A stretch of 38,478 nt of DNA from a virus: the IMG/VR virus record IMGVR_UViG_3300045988_088148; one strand, 5' to 3'. Made by a program: the position numbers and the translations under genes. This document shows, piece after piece, positions 15,438 to 24,150 of this stretch (positions within the stretch are counted from its first letter, which is position 1; each line of letters begins with the position of its first letter). The notes under the pieces were generated by a model. It did no database searches, was not told where the DNA came from, and saw only the letters and a program-made list of their open reading frames with translations.

Positions 15438-15872
15438 ATGCCAAATATCTACGGAGCCGCCCGCATTGCCAAGGGCATCACGCAGGAGCGCGCAGCCGAC
15501 GCGATTCCGTGCTCGGTGCGGAGCCTTGCCGACTACGAAAGCGGCGCACGCATCCCACCGTCGGAGACGGTTGTGCGGATGGCGGAAATTTACGACGCGC
15601 AGTATCTGTGCTACCAGCACCTGCGCCAGACGAGCGAGATCGCCCAGCGGTTAATTCCCGACGTGCGGGAGTGCGATCTGCCCGAGGCCGTCTTGCGGCT
15701 CATTGACCAAATTTATGACTTTGCCGACGCGCGCGAAGACCGCCGCCTGATTACGATTGCAAAAGACGGCGTGATCGACGAGACGGAGCGGCCGGAGTTT
15801 GACCGGATCGTCTCCAAGCTCGACGAGATCGTCCAAAGCGCGCTGGCCGTCGCTTACAACAAAGGAGGATAA
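15438..15872 (+). CDS. XRE HTH regulator
   Basis: ATG at 15438 (RBS ggagga). Has ITQERAADAIPCSVRSLADYESG. Confidence 0.65.
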   Translation: MPNIYGAARIAKGITQERAADAIPCSVRSLADYESGARIPPSETVVRMAEIYDAQYLCYQHLRQTSEIAQRLIPDVRECDLPEAVLRLIDQIYDFADAREDRRLITIAKDGVIDETERPEFDRIVSKLDEIVQSALAVAYNKGG

Positions 15873-15874
15873 CT

Positions 15875-15976
15875 ATGCGCAACTTTTACAAACTGGCCGA
15901 GAAGCTCATGTGGAGCTCGATTGTCGTCGCCTTCGTGGCCTTCCCGTGGCTTGCCGCGAATTACAGCATGATTTGA
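15875..15976 (+). CDS. Possible 33-aa hydrophobic peptide (below the ORF-track cut-off)
   Basis: Strong RBS aaaggagg 6 nt before the ATG. Sequence MRNFYKLAEKLMWSSIVVAFVAFPWLAANYSMI. Confidence 0.35.
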   Translation: MRNFYKLAEKLMWSSIVVAFVAFPWLAANYSMI

Positions 15977-16120
15977 GGTGTGCGGCATGAAAAAGAGCGT
16001 AAAAAAATCCCGCACAGCCGCTGCGAACGACTGCACGGGACTGGTGTTTTGCAACACCATGAAGGCATCTTTAGTTTATCACGGTTTGCTGCCAAATGCA
16101 AGTGTGGGGGAGGTGAAATT

Positions 16121-16864
16121 TTGGAGAATCCACAAGAATTCCGGGCTTTCTGGTCTGTCATCCCCGCAACCGTCTTAGACGATATGCAGCTGCCTGCCAA
16201 CGCGAAGATCCTGTACGGCTTTTTGTCCTCGCTTATGCAAAGAGAGGGCTACTGCTGGCCGTCAAACGCTCAGCTGGCCGAGGCAATGCACTGCTCTGAG
16301 GACGTCATCACGCGCTGGATCGCAGCGCTTGGCAAGGCCGGGCATATCAAGATCACGGTCGAACCGAACCGCAAGACCGGCGGCAAGATACGACGCATCT
16401 TCCCGTCACTCCCCGAGCCTGTTTTGCAGGAGAATGCAGGTGGGTACTCGGATAAATATCCTAGTACGTACTCGGATAAAAATCCGAGGGTAGTCGGACA
16501 AAAATCCGAGTCATTATATATAGATGGAAAGAAAAAAGAAAAGAAAAAAAGAAATATAAAAGAAATGGCCGTCGGCGCTTCGCTTCTGGAACGGTGCGAA
16601 CCGCTTGGCTTTGAGGTAGTGCAGGCGATGCAGTCTTTTCTCATGATGCGCGCTGAGCTCAAGAAACCCATCCAGTCCGAGCGGTCGGCCACCATGCTCT
16701 GGAACAAGCTGCAAAGCCTGTCTGCCGGAGATGCGGCGTGCATGGCGCGGATGCTCAACAATTCGACCGAGCATCAGTGGCTGAGCGTGTACCGGCTCAA
16801 GGACGACGAGTATCCGCAGCCGCCGAAGCGCGAGGTTGACACGGGAGGGGTGAGGTTCCTGTGA
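16121..16864 (+). CDS. Replication initiator (winged-helix, DnaD/phage O-like) containing the origin iterons
   Basis: Likely TTG start at 16121 (RBS gggggaggtg); an alternative ATG lies about 60 nt downstream. N-terminus FWSVIPATVLDDMQLPANAKILYGFLSSLMQREGYCWPSNAQLAEAMHCSEDVITRWIAALGKAGHI is typical of phage replication-initiation wHTH proteins. Precedes DnaB. Confidence 0.65.
   Translation: MENPQEFRAFWSVIPATVLDDMQLPANAKILYGFLSSLMQREGYCWPSNAQLAEAMHCSEDVITRWIAALGKAGHIKITVEPNRKTGGKIRRIFPSLPEPVLQENAGGYSDKYPSTYSDKNPRVVGQKSESLYIDGKKKEKKKRNIKEMAVGASLLERCEPLGFEVVQAMQSFLMMRAELKKPIQSERSATMLWNKLQSLSAGDAACMARMLNNSTEHQWLSVYRLKDDEYPQPPKREVDTGGVRFL
16445..16568. repeat. Origin-like element: three tandem 22-24-bp palindromic iterons plus an A/T-rich tract
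   Basis: Iterons GTACTCGGATAAATATCCTAGTAC, GTACTCGGATAAAAATCCGAGGGTA and GTAGTCGGACAAAAATCCGAGTCA (16445-16514). Then ttatatatagatggaaagaaaaaagaaaagaaaaaaagaaatataaaagaaatgg. Confidence 0.7.
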
Positions 16865-18183
16865 CGGACGAAAAAAAGCTGTTGGAAGCCCAGCAGGCCG
16901 TCCTCGGCGCGATGCTCATTGACGAGAAAACCGTCGGCCTTGTGCTTCAGGAGATCGTCCCGGATGACTTCACGACCGGCGCTTACCGGCAAGTCTTCCT
17001 TGCCTTCCGGGCGCAGTTTTCGAGCGGCGAGCCCTGCGACGCGGTGACGATCAACGCGCGGCTCGGCGGCAAGTACGACAAACTCCTCATGGAGCTGATT
17101 CAGGTCACGCCGACGGCGGCCAACGTCAAGAGCTACATGCAGCTTTTAAAGCAGCAGGCCAGAGTCAGCCGTCTGCAAGGTATTGCCCAGCGGATGCAGG
17201 ACACGGACGACGAGAACGACCTCCGGGGGCTGGTCAATGAGGCAAACGCCCAGCTGGTCGAGCGGCCGGGGCTGCGCGTGGTGGACATGTCCGCCGCACT
17301 GACGCAGTTTTACCAGCGGCACGACCCGGACGCAAAGCCCGTGTACTTGGACTTTGGGCTCGAGGACATCAACGAAAACGTCTATGCCTCCCGGGGCGAT
17401 ATGGTCGTCCTCGGTGGCTACCCGTCAGACGGCAAGACGAGCCTCGCTCTGACGCTGGCCGTGCGGATGGCGAAGACGATGCGCGTCGGCTTTTACAGCT
17501 ACGAGACCGACTGCGACAAGCTCTTCGACCGCATCATCGCCATGACCGCACAAATTGGCCTGCCGAAGCTCAAGCTCAACGCCATGAACGCGACCGACTG
17601 GGAAACCGTCGCAGTGCTCTCCGAGCGGCTGGGCGGATTGAAACTTGACCTCATCGAGGCCAGCGGCATGACCGTACAGGATATCCGGGCGCACAGCCTG
17701 TCCAAGCGCTACGACGTGATCTTCATCGATTACCTGCAAAAGATCAAGTCGGACATCACAGGCCGCGCGAGCGCCGACCCGTTTCAGGTCGTCTCGAAAA
17801 TTTCGAGCGATTTGCAGCAGTTCGGCAGGCAGACCGGCACGCCCGTCATCGCGCTCTCGCAGCTCTCCCGCCCCGAGAAGACAAAAGGCGGCAAGATTCC
17901 GCCCCCGACGCTGGCCTCACTCCGATCATCCGGCCAGATCGAGCAGGACGCAGACGTGGTCATGCTGCTCTACCGCGAAGAGCCGGACAACAGCCGCAGC
18001 CGCCGCATCCTCAACATTGCGAAGAACAAAGAGGGCGAGGCGAATATCGCGCTCATGCTGGCCTTTGACGGTCAGACGCAGACATTCAAAAAATCCGCTT
18101 CCCAGGCGCCGCGGCCAGAGCCGGACAAGCGCTGGAAGCAAGTATACGACGATGTGCCCGAGCAGTTCAAACTGCCGGACTAA
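16861..18183 (+). CDS. dnaB: Replicative DNA helicase DnaB
   Basis: N-terminal EAQQAVLGAMLID. Walker A GGYPSDGKTSLAL. Also IFIDYLQKI and SQLSR motifs. Confidence 0.9.
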   Translation: MTDEKKLLEAQQAVLGAMLIDEKTVGLVLQEIVPDDFTTGAYRQVFLAFRAQFSSGEPCDAVTINARLGGKYDKLLMELIQVTPTAANVKSYMQLLKQQARVSRLQGIAQRMQDTDDENDLRGLVNEANAQLVERPGLRVVDMSAALTQFYQRHDPDAKPVYLDFGLEDINENVYASRGDMVVLGGYPSDGKTSLALTLAVRMAKTMRVGFYSYETDCDKLFDRIIAMTAQIGLPKLKLNAMNATDWETVAVLSERLGGLKLDLIEASGMTVQDIRAHSLSKRYDVIFIDYLQKIKSDITGRASADPFQVVSKISSDLQQFGRQTGTPVIALSQLSRPEKTKGGKIPPPTLASLRSSGQIEQDADVVMLLYREEPDNSRSRRILNIAKNKEGEANIALMLAFDGQTQTFKKSASQAPRPEPDKRWKQVYDDVPEQFKLPD

Positions 18184-18196
18184 AGGAGGACAACCC

Positions 18197-18547
18197 ATGA
18201 AATGGTATGAAGCAGAAACGCTCCGTAAGCGCCATGGCCTATCTCAAGCGGCGCTTGCTGAGAAAATCGGGATATCCCAATCGGCGCTCGGGAACTACGA
18301 ACGAGGCACACGTGCCCCCGACAAAGACGTCATCGTGGCGCTGGCGAGATTTTTTGACGTCTCGTGCGATGCTCTTCTCGGATGCCCCGCCCATCCGGCA
18401 GCGCCGTTATGGGTGCCCCCCGCCGTCGCCGAATTTTTTCATACGCTCCCCCCTGACGAGCGACACGCAATAGCCGCCCTCGCCATGCAAAAGCCGGACG
18501 CGCTTCGCAAATTATTAATGGCTGCGGTCAATTTGCAAAAAAGATAA
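18197..18547 (+). CDS. XRE HTH regulator
   Basis: ATG at 18197 (RBS aaaggagg). Has LSQAALAEKIGISQSALGNYERG. Confidence 0.7.
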   Translation: MKWYEAETLRKRHGLSQAALAEKIGISQSALGNYERGTRAPDKDVIVALARFFDVSCDALLGCPAHPAAPLWVPPAVAEFFHTLPPDERHAIAALAMQKPDALRKLLMAAVNLQKR

Positions 18548-18565
18548 ACAGTGAAAGGAAACACC

Positions 18566-19363
18566 ATGAAGGCAATATCGATTTTAAACCTGAAAGGCGG
18601 CGTCGGAAAGACCGTGACCGCCGTAAACATGGCCTATATCTTGGCCGCCGACCACAACCAGCGCGTGCTGCTCGCCGACTGCGACAGCCAGTGCAACGCC
18701 ACCGAATTTTACGGTCTTGCCGGGCAGCAGCTTCCGGGCGTGGCTGACTATCTGCTGGGGACGGCAGAGCCGTATTATCCCGAAAATATCTCCGGGACGC
18801 CGTACAACGTGGACGTGCTGCCCGCGTCTGACGCGCTGATGGACTTAGACCTCTCGGCCATCGGAAGCCGCGTTAAGGGCAGCTGCCTGAAAGACCTGTG
18901 CGATGTGCTTCGCGAGGACGATGCGTATGACTACGTGGTCTTTGACTGCCCGCCGGCTTTTAATGCGGCCTCTGCTGCTGCGCTGCTGGCCTCCGACGAG
19001 GTCATCATCCCGATCAAGCTCGACGCGTTCAGCCTGCGCGGCCTCGCGAACGTCTCCCGCCAGATCGACAACATGCACAAAATCAACCCGGCGCTCAAGA
19101 TTGCAGGCGCTTTAATTACCATGTGGCGCAATACGCCGGTCGTGATTGAGGCGGAAGCGAGCCTTCGAAGCTGCGGCATTCTGCCGGTCTTCGAGCAGAC
19201 GATCCGCCGCACCGACAAGGTCGACGAGATGACCTTTGAGCGCAAGCCCATCACGGTCTACTCGCCGCGTTCGGCGGCAGGCTACGACTACCGGGCATTT
19301 GTGCAGGAGTACATCCAGCCGCCCGTGACGATGGATGAAGTTCTGAGGGGGGGGCTTTGGTGA
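18566..19363 (+). CDS. parA: ParA/Soj-type partition ATPase
   Basis: Deviant Walker A LKGGVGKT, plus DCDSQCN and VFDCPP motifs. ATG at 18566. Confidence 0.85.
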   Translation: MKAISILNLKGGVGKTVTAVNMAYILAADHNQRVLLADCDSQCNATEFYGLAGQQLPGVADYLLGTAEPYYPENISGTPYNVDVLPASDALMDLDLSAIGSRVKGSCLKDLCDVLREDDAYDYVVFDCPPAFNAASAAALLASDEVIIPIKLDAFSLRGLANVSRQIDNMHKINPALKIAGALITMWRNTPVVIEAEASLRSCGILPVFEQTIRRTDKVDEMTFERKPITVYSPRSAAGYDYRAFVQEYIQPPVTMDEVLRGGLW

Positions 19364-20871
19364 TGGCATTTGACGTTTCAAGCATTTTTGCCAAGCAGGT
19401 GCAGGCGGTGTCCAAGTCTGACACCGAGCGCGAACTCGTGCAGGCCGACATTGACGATCTGGTCAGCAACGACGCGAACTTTTACGCAGTCGATGAGGCC
19501 AAGCTCGAAGAACTCAAAAATTCCATCGCGCTCTCCGGCATTATGGACCCGCCGACGGTCACGCGCACGGAGGACGGCAAGTACCGCCTCATCTCCGGCC
19601 ACCGGCGCACGGCTGCGGTTCGGGCTTTGGTCGCAGAAGGGCGCGAGGATCTTCGCAAAGTGCCAGTCTTCGTCCGTAGCCCCAGGAGCGCGGCGATGGA
19701 AGAGCTGGAGCTGATCATGGCAAACTCCACCGCACGCGTGCTGACAAGCGCGGAGATCAGCCAGGCGGCGCAGCGCGTCGAGCGGCTTCTCTACGACCTC
19801 AAGGAGCAGGGCGTGGAGTTTCCTGGCAGGATGCGCGACCATGTCGCGGAAGCCTGCAACGTCAGCAAGACAAAACTCGCGAACCTCCACATGATTGAAG
19901 AAAACCTGATTCAGGATTTCAAGGCACAGTGGGCAGCAGGCAAACTCCCGGACGCGACAGCGTTGGAGCTTGCGCGGTGCGAGATCGCCTTGCAGATGCG
20001 CCTTCGTGACGCGTTTGCCCGGACAAAGGAGTTCCCAACGTCCGCTGGTATCGCGAAGGTGCGCGAACTGGCAGCAGCCGGCGCGCAGTGGCGGCCGAGC
20101 GCGTGCCTGCACTGCCCCGACCGCAAACTCTGCCCGAGTTCCCGCGACGACGCGGCGCTTCGGCATGACGCGCTTTGCCCATCGTGGGGCGGCTATTGCC
20201 GCGGCACGAAATGCTGTATGGATTGCCCATCCGGCGCAAACGCGCAGAGTTGGAACGCCTGCGACCAGATGTGCTCCAAGGCCAAGCAGTACCGCGCCGA
20301 CAAAAACGCTGACGAGAAGCAGAAAGAAGAAGACGCGAAGGAGAAAACGCAGCGCGTCTACCGAGCAGGTGTCCAGCGCAAGGCAGCACGGCTTGTGAGA
20401 GCCATAGACGCGGCCGGCCTGCCGGACGATACGAAGCTCACTTTTGCAAATTACTCCGCGTACAAGACCGTCGGAAAAATCCGCGCATACGCAAACGGGG
20501 ACTTCGGCGACGATTATTTTTACGGCACGGACGTCCTCGACCCGGACGCGAAGCACGTGCCCGAGCTCTGCGAAAAGCTCAAGTGCTCGGCGGACTATCT
20601 GCTTGGGCTGACGGACGAGCTTCAGCCGGTGTCCAAGTCTGACACGGCGGCGCTGCCGGAAGGCGCTTTTCGGATGGCCTGGCGCACAGACCGCGATTTC
20701 CCGGACGGGCCGGTCCTGTTGCTGCTTGAAACCGAGGGCATGCGGATCTATGACGTTGATACCGCGCACTGCGGGGAGCTGGAGCTATATAGCGCGGAAC
20801 TTTTGACGGACAACGGCCCGAATATCCTGCGCTGGCTGCCGCTGCCGCCGGAAGAGGAGGGCACGATATGA
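19363..20871 (+). CDS. parB: ParB-like protein (N-terminal ParB/Srx domain with GHRR box, HTH, Cys-rich middle region, extended C-terminus)
   Basis: ATG overlaps the parA TGA. Has GIMDPPTVTRTEDGKYRLISGHRRTAAVRAL and HTH MRDHVAEACNVSKTKLANLHMIE. The central ~70 aa carry 12 Cys. Contains two dispersed-motif copies. Confidence 0.8.
   Translation: MAFDVSSIFAKQVQAVSKSDTERELVQADIDDLVSNDANFYAVDEAKLEELKNSIALSGIMDPPTVTRTEDGKYRLISGHRRTAAVRALVAEGREDLRKVPVFVRSPRSAAMEELELIMANSTARVLTSAEISQAAQRVERLLYDLKEQGVEFPGRMRDHVAEACNVSKTKLANLHMIEENLIQDFKAQWAAGKLPDATALELARCEIALQMRLRDAFARTKEFPTSAGIAKVRELAAAGAQWRPSACLHCPDRKLCPSSRDDAALRHDALCPSWGGYCRGTKCCMDCPSGANAQSWNACDQMCSKAKQYRADKNADEKQKEEDAKEKTQRVYRAGVQRKAARLVRAIDAAGLPDDTKLTFANYSAYKTVGKIRAYANGDFGDDYFYGTDVLDPDAKHVPELCEKLKCSADYLLGLTDELQPVSKSDTAALPEGAFRMAWRTDRDFPDGPVLLLLETEGMRIYDVDTAHCGELELYSAELLTDNGPNILRWLPLPPEEEGTI
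19408..19424 (-). repeat. Dispersed motif copy (exact, reverse orientation GTGTCCAAGTCTGACAC)
   Basis: Inside parB codons 16-21 (VSKSDT). Confidence 0.9.
20629..20645 (-). repeat. Dispersed motif copy (exact, reverse orientation)
   Basis: Inside the parB 3' region, again encoding VSKSDT. Flank is CCG on the conserved side. Confidence 0.9.
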
Positions 20872-21206
20872 GCAGGCAGCTGTTCCGGCAATGTCCCGGC
20901 TGCGGCAATCTGTTCGCAACGTACAAGGGCAATCAGGTCTACTGCTGCCGGGCGTGCTACCTGCGGGCGAAAAACGAAAATTACGTCCCGGCGCAGTACC
21001 GCAAGAAGGAGGCCGTCCCGGTCCGCATCCGCGTACCGAAGCCGCTGCCGGTCTTCCCGGAATTCCAGCTCAAGCCCGGGAAGGTCTACAAAGCACAAAA
21101 GCGCCAGTGCTGCGACGGCATCCGCGCGACCTACATTGTGACGCTTGATGAAAAGCACCGGACGATCGTCCGGCAGGAGGAATGCGAGGAGGTAGCTGAT
21201 GAGTAA
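20868..21206 (+). CDS. Zinc-ribbon protein
   Basis: CPGCGN...YCCRAC. ATGA overlap with parB. Confidence 0.55.
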   Translation: MSRQLFRQCPGCGNLFATYKGNQVYCCRACYLRAKNENYVPAQYRKKEAVPVRIRVPKPLPVFPEFQLKPGKVYKAQKRQCCDGIRATYIVTLDEKHRTIVRQEECEEVADE

Positions 21207-21420
21207 AATTGTCGCCCGGCGCGAGGCGGTCTATGGGCTGTACCGATACGGCGATTTTGTCGCCATCGCCCGGAAGACCGGCCTGTCCGCGCCGACCGTC
21301 TCCCGCGCGCTGCGGGGCGAGCCGTGCACCATCAGCACGGCAAGAAAGATCTGTGATCTGTTCGGCGCGAAGTTTTCCGATTTTTTTGAGCTCAAAAAGG
21401 AGGTACGCATCCATGAGTAG
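21199..21420 (+). CDS. Small HTH protein
   Basis: Has IARKTGLSAPTVSRALRGE. RBS gaggagg. Confidence 0.55.
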   Translation: MSKIVARREAVYGLYRYGDFVAIARKTGLSAPTVSRALRGEPCTISTARKICDLFGAKFSDFFELKKEVRIHE

Positions 21421-21712
21421 CAGCACCATTTCCGCTATCGTCATCGCCGTCGAATTTGTCCTCCGCGCGGTGTGCGTGTACGCCATTTTGCGCGTGACGC
21501 TGACGCTGTTCAGTATTCGCAAGGCCGAGAAGCTTGAAAAAGAGCGCGACGCGGCGCTCACGTGGGTCTACCCGTGCTGTCCTAGCTGCCGCCACAGCGT
21601 CAATCGCAGCTACTGCGAGCGCGGCCGCGAAAGAGAGGAGGGCTCCCCGTGCAAGTACTGGGAGTTCTGTGGGAAGACACATCAGGAGGTGTATGGCGAT
21701 GGAGATCGTTGA
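21413..21712 (+). CDS. Membrane-anchored Cys-rich protein
   Basis: ATG at 21413 (RBS aaaaggagg). N-terminal TM, then CCPSC...C...C...C. Confidence 0.45.
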   Translation: MSSSTISAIVIAVEFVLRAVCVYAILRVTLTLFSIRKAEKLEKERDAALTWVYPCCPSCRHSVNRSYCERGREREEGSPCKYWEFCGKTHQEVYGDGDR

Positions 21713-22106
21713 AATTCTTAGCGCTCTGCGGCATTGCACGTCGGATCTGGGCTGCGATACCTGCCCGATGCGTGCGGGTATCGAGCAACGCGCCTTTTGT
21801 GTCGCGACGCTTCTGAAGGAATCCAAGACCGCAATCACAGATCTTTTGGCAGGCATTGACGCCGCCAAAAGGCGGTGTGCACAAGCGCAGGCCGAGAGGG
21901 ACGCGTTGCTTCCTTATGCGAAAGAATATGGCTGCGAGACCTGCAAAAATGAAAAGGCTTGCTTCGTCCAAACGCGTGAGGGCGTAACTGTGTCGTGCGT
22001 GAAGTGCCCGGTTCCAGACACTTGCCCGTGCTCCAAGTGTAAAGATTGCGGAAAATGGGAATGGCGCGGCTTGCCGGAAACGCCGGAGGAGGGAGAAAAG
22101 GCATGA
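21693..22106 (+). CDS. Cys-rich hypothetical protein
   Basis: ATG at 21693 (RBS caggagg). Multiple CxxC motifs. Confidence 0.5.
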   Translation: MAMEIVEILSALRHCTSDLGCDTCPMRAGIEQRAFCVATLLKESKTAITDLLAGIDAAKRRCAQAQAERDALLPYAKEYGCETCKNEKACFVQTREGVTVSCVKCPVPDTCPCSKCKDCGKWEWRGLPETPEEGEKA

Positions 22107-22585
22107 AAGCTGTTTTAATCAGCCTCCGCCCGAAGTGGTGCGAGAAGATCATAAGCGGAGAGAAAACGGTCGAGGTGCGCAAGACGCGCCCGAGGCTGAA
22201 CCTGCCGTTTAAGTGCTACATCTACCAGACGGGGCAGGGCGGGGTTATCGGCGAGTTTGTGTGCGATGACATCTTTGAGCGAATCGTGCAGGTAGGGACG
22301 AGCTGCGAGACGCCGAAGTATTGCCTTTGCGACTGGAACATGGACTGCACACCGCTTGATAGGATTCTTTCGGACGCTTGCTTGACGCTGGACGAGCTGG
22401 AAAAGTATCTGGACGGCGGCGCAGGCTACGGCTGGCACATCTCCAATCTCAAAATTTACGATACGCCGCGCGAACTAAACGAATTTTTCGTCCTGCTGGA
22501 GACAAGATTTGGTGCAGAGCCTGTGCCGATCAAGCGCCCGCCTCAGAGCTGGTGCTATGTGGAGGAACAAATATGGAACGACTAA
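22103..22585 (+). CDS. ASCH/PUA-like domain protein
   Basis: MKAVLISLRPKWCEKIISGEKTVEVRKTRP is the classic ASCH N-terminus. Confidence 0.6.
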   Translation: MKAVLISLRPKWCEKIISGEKTVEVRKTRPRLNLPFKCYIYQTGQGGVIGEFVCDDIFERIVQVGTSCETPKYCLCDWNMDCTPLDRILSDACLTLDELEKYLDGGAGYGWHISNLKIYDTPRELNEFFVLLETRFGAEPVPIKRPPQSWCYVEEQIWND

Positions 22586-23061
22586 CATTTGAAGGAAACT
22601 TTTGTGACCTTGCGCAGTGCCGAGACTCGGCGTGCCGGCAGAGCGGCACCTGCACGATGAAGGAGGTATGGGAGCGGCTCAAGGCTTACGAAGATGCGGG
22701 GTTATCCCCGCAGGCGTGCGCAGAAGCTCGGGAAATCGAGGAAACACTTTCCGGCTGTGATTACTCCATCTCACGAATGGTGGAGCTGATGAAAACCGAC
22801 AAGGACGGGCGGCTGGTGGTGCTGCCGTGCAAGGTGGGCGATACGGTGTGGGCGAATCTTGACGGGATGCGGCACACCCGCAAATGCGTGATGGAATTTG
22901 CAAACATTGGAAGCCACGTTACGACCATTGTATTTTCCACAGTAGATGGATTAAGAGAACAGTACGGGGTCAATCCTAGCTCATTTGGTAAGACCGTATT
23001 TCTCACCCGCGAAGAAGCCGAGAAGGCTTTGCAGGAAATGGAGGGCAAGAAGGATGGCTGA
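22573..23061 (+). CDS. Hypothetical protein
   Basis: ATG at 22573 (RBS ggagga). 162 aa. Confidence 0.55.
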   Translation: MERLTFEGNFCDLAQCRDSACRQSGTCTMKEVWERLKAYEDAGLSPQACAEAREIEETLSGCDYSISRMVELMKTDKDGRLVVLPCKVGDTVWANLDGMRHTRKCVMEFANIGSHVTTIVFSTVDGLREQYGVNPSSFGKTVFLTREEAEKALQEMEGKKDG

Positions 23062-23428
23062 AAAGTATATCAGCAGCACGTGGCTGCTTGAAACGATAGA
23101 AGATTACAAGAACATCAGCTGCTGGAATACCGATGTCTTGGATGCAGAAACGATCACGCGTGTGCTGGAGGTCGTGGAAAACAAAGTAAAAGGCGCTCCG
23201 AGTATCGGACCGCGCAAACTGGGAAACAAAATTCTTGCAGCAAAAAACATCGCGCTGGAGGTGCATCTAAAGATGGTAAAAGACCATATAGAAGATGCAG
23301 AAAGAAGATACAGGCGGCACGAAAGCACCAACAACCTAATGCTGATGAGCTTTTGTAAGGGGTACATAACGGCGATGGGTGAAACAAGGGCGATGCTGGA
23401 AAGGATGGTAACCGATGGGTCAACATAA
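23054..23428 (+). CDS. Hypothetical protein (AT-richer gene)
   Basis: ATG at 23054. 124 aa. Confidence 0.55.
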   Translation: MAEKYISSTWLLETIEDYKNISCWNTDVLDAETITRVLEVVENKVKGAPSIGPRKLGNKILAAKNIALEVHLKMVKDHIEDAERRYRRHESTNNLMLMSFCKGYITAMGETRAMLERMVTDGST

Positions 23429-23609
23429 GCACAACCCGACCGCCATTGCGGCGGCAAAAGGCGAGCTGCCGCCGAAGAAGCGGGAGCGGCGGCTGACCAA
23501 GCGGCAGGCGGAGCGGCTTTTGAAAGCAGAGATACTGAGTAGATGCATGCCGTTTTACGCCCTTCCGCCCGAGTTGCAACAGAATCGGAAGGGAGTATAT
23601 GGCTTATGA
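23415..23609 (+). CDS. Small basic hypothetical protein
   Basis: 64 aa, Lys/Arg-rich. Confidence 0.45.
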   Translation: MGQHKHNPTAIAAAKGELPPKKRERRLTKRQAERLLKAEILSRCMPFYALPPELQQNRKGVYGL

Positions 23610-23809
23610 CTGATTACATCAAGCGCACAGATGCGGTTAAAATCGCCGAAAAGTACGGGCTTGCGAACGGCTCTGTATTGGGGCGGCATACCGGACTGGC
23701 GGATTGCATTGCAAGCGAGATTTCGGGCTTGCCCGCCTCCGACGTTGCACCGGTGGAGGCCATTGTGCAGATGCATAAAGATGACTCTGAGGAGGGACTT
23801 CTTAAATGA
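23606..23809 (+). CDS. Paralogue family member 1 (Y[IL].R...PA[AS]DVAPV)
   Basis: ATG at 23606. Shares the N-terminal pattern with the next two genes. Confidence 0.5.
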   Translation: MTDYIKRTDAVKIAEKYGLANGSVLGRHTGLADCIASEISGLPASDVAPVEAIVQMHKDDSEEGLLK

Positions 23810-24150
23810 CCGCTGAGTATCTTGATAGGAGCAGTTTAGTTGCGCGGATGAAGTATTACGAGAAGCACACCACGGAAGAATCTGGTGAGCATTATGCGTA
23901 TTCAGTTGCACTAAGAGAGATAAGAAACGCTCCCGCCGCCGACGTTGCGGAGGTGGTGTTTGCCCGGTGGGAAGAATCAGACTGGCGCGAATACGATGAC
24001 CAAAGCTGCGAGACGATTCGCTATCCGAAAGCGGCAATCGTTTGCACGAACTGCCGGTGCGCTTTCAAAAAGGACACGCTTTGGAAAAGGAACTATTGCC
24101 CCAGCTGCGGGGCGCGTATGAGCGGACAGAAGGAGGAAACAAATGAGTGA
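23806..24150 (+). CDS. Paralogue family member 2 with C-terminal zinc ribbon
   Basis: Has NAPAADVAEVV...CTNCRC...CPSCG. Confidence 0.55.
   Translation: MTAEYLDRSSLVARMKYYEKHTTEESGEHYAYSVALREIRNAPAADVAEVVFARWEESDWREYDDQSCETIRYPKAAIVCTNCRCAFKKDTLWKRNYCPSCGARMSGQKEETNE

Noticed and set aside
16515-16568. The A-rich tract as a low-complexity artefact, a CRISPR leader or an insertion scar
   Set aside because: It is in frame (a Lys-rich linker of the initiator) and directly follows the iterons, so it fits a DNA-unwinding element. No repeat-spacer structure exists anywhere in the window.
19378-20769. 463-aa ORF on the minus strand, antisense to parB
   Set aside because: Arg/Ala/Pro/Gly-rich junk-like composition, typical of open antisense frames in GC-rich DNA. 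No RBS. The sense strand has clear ParB motifs.
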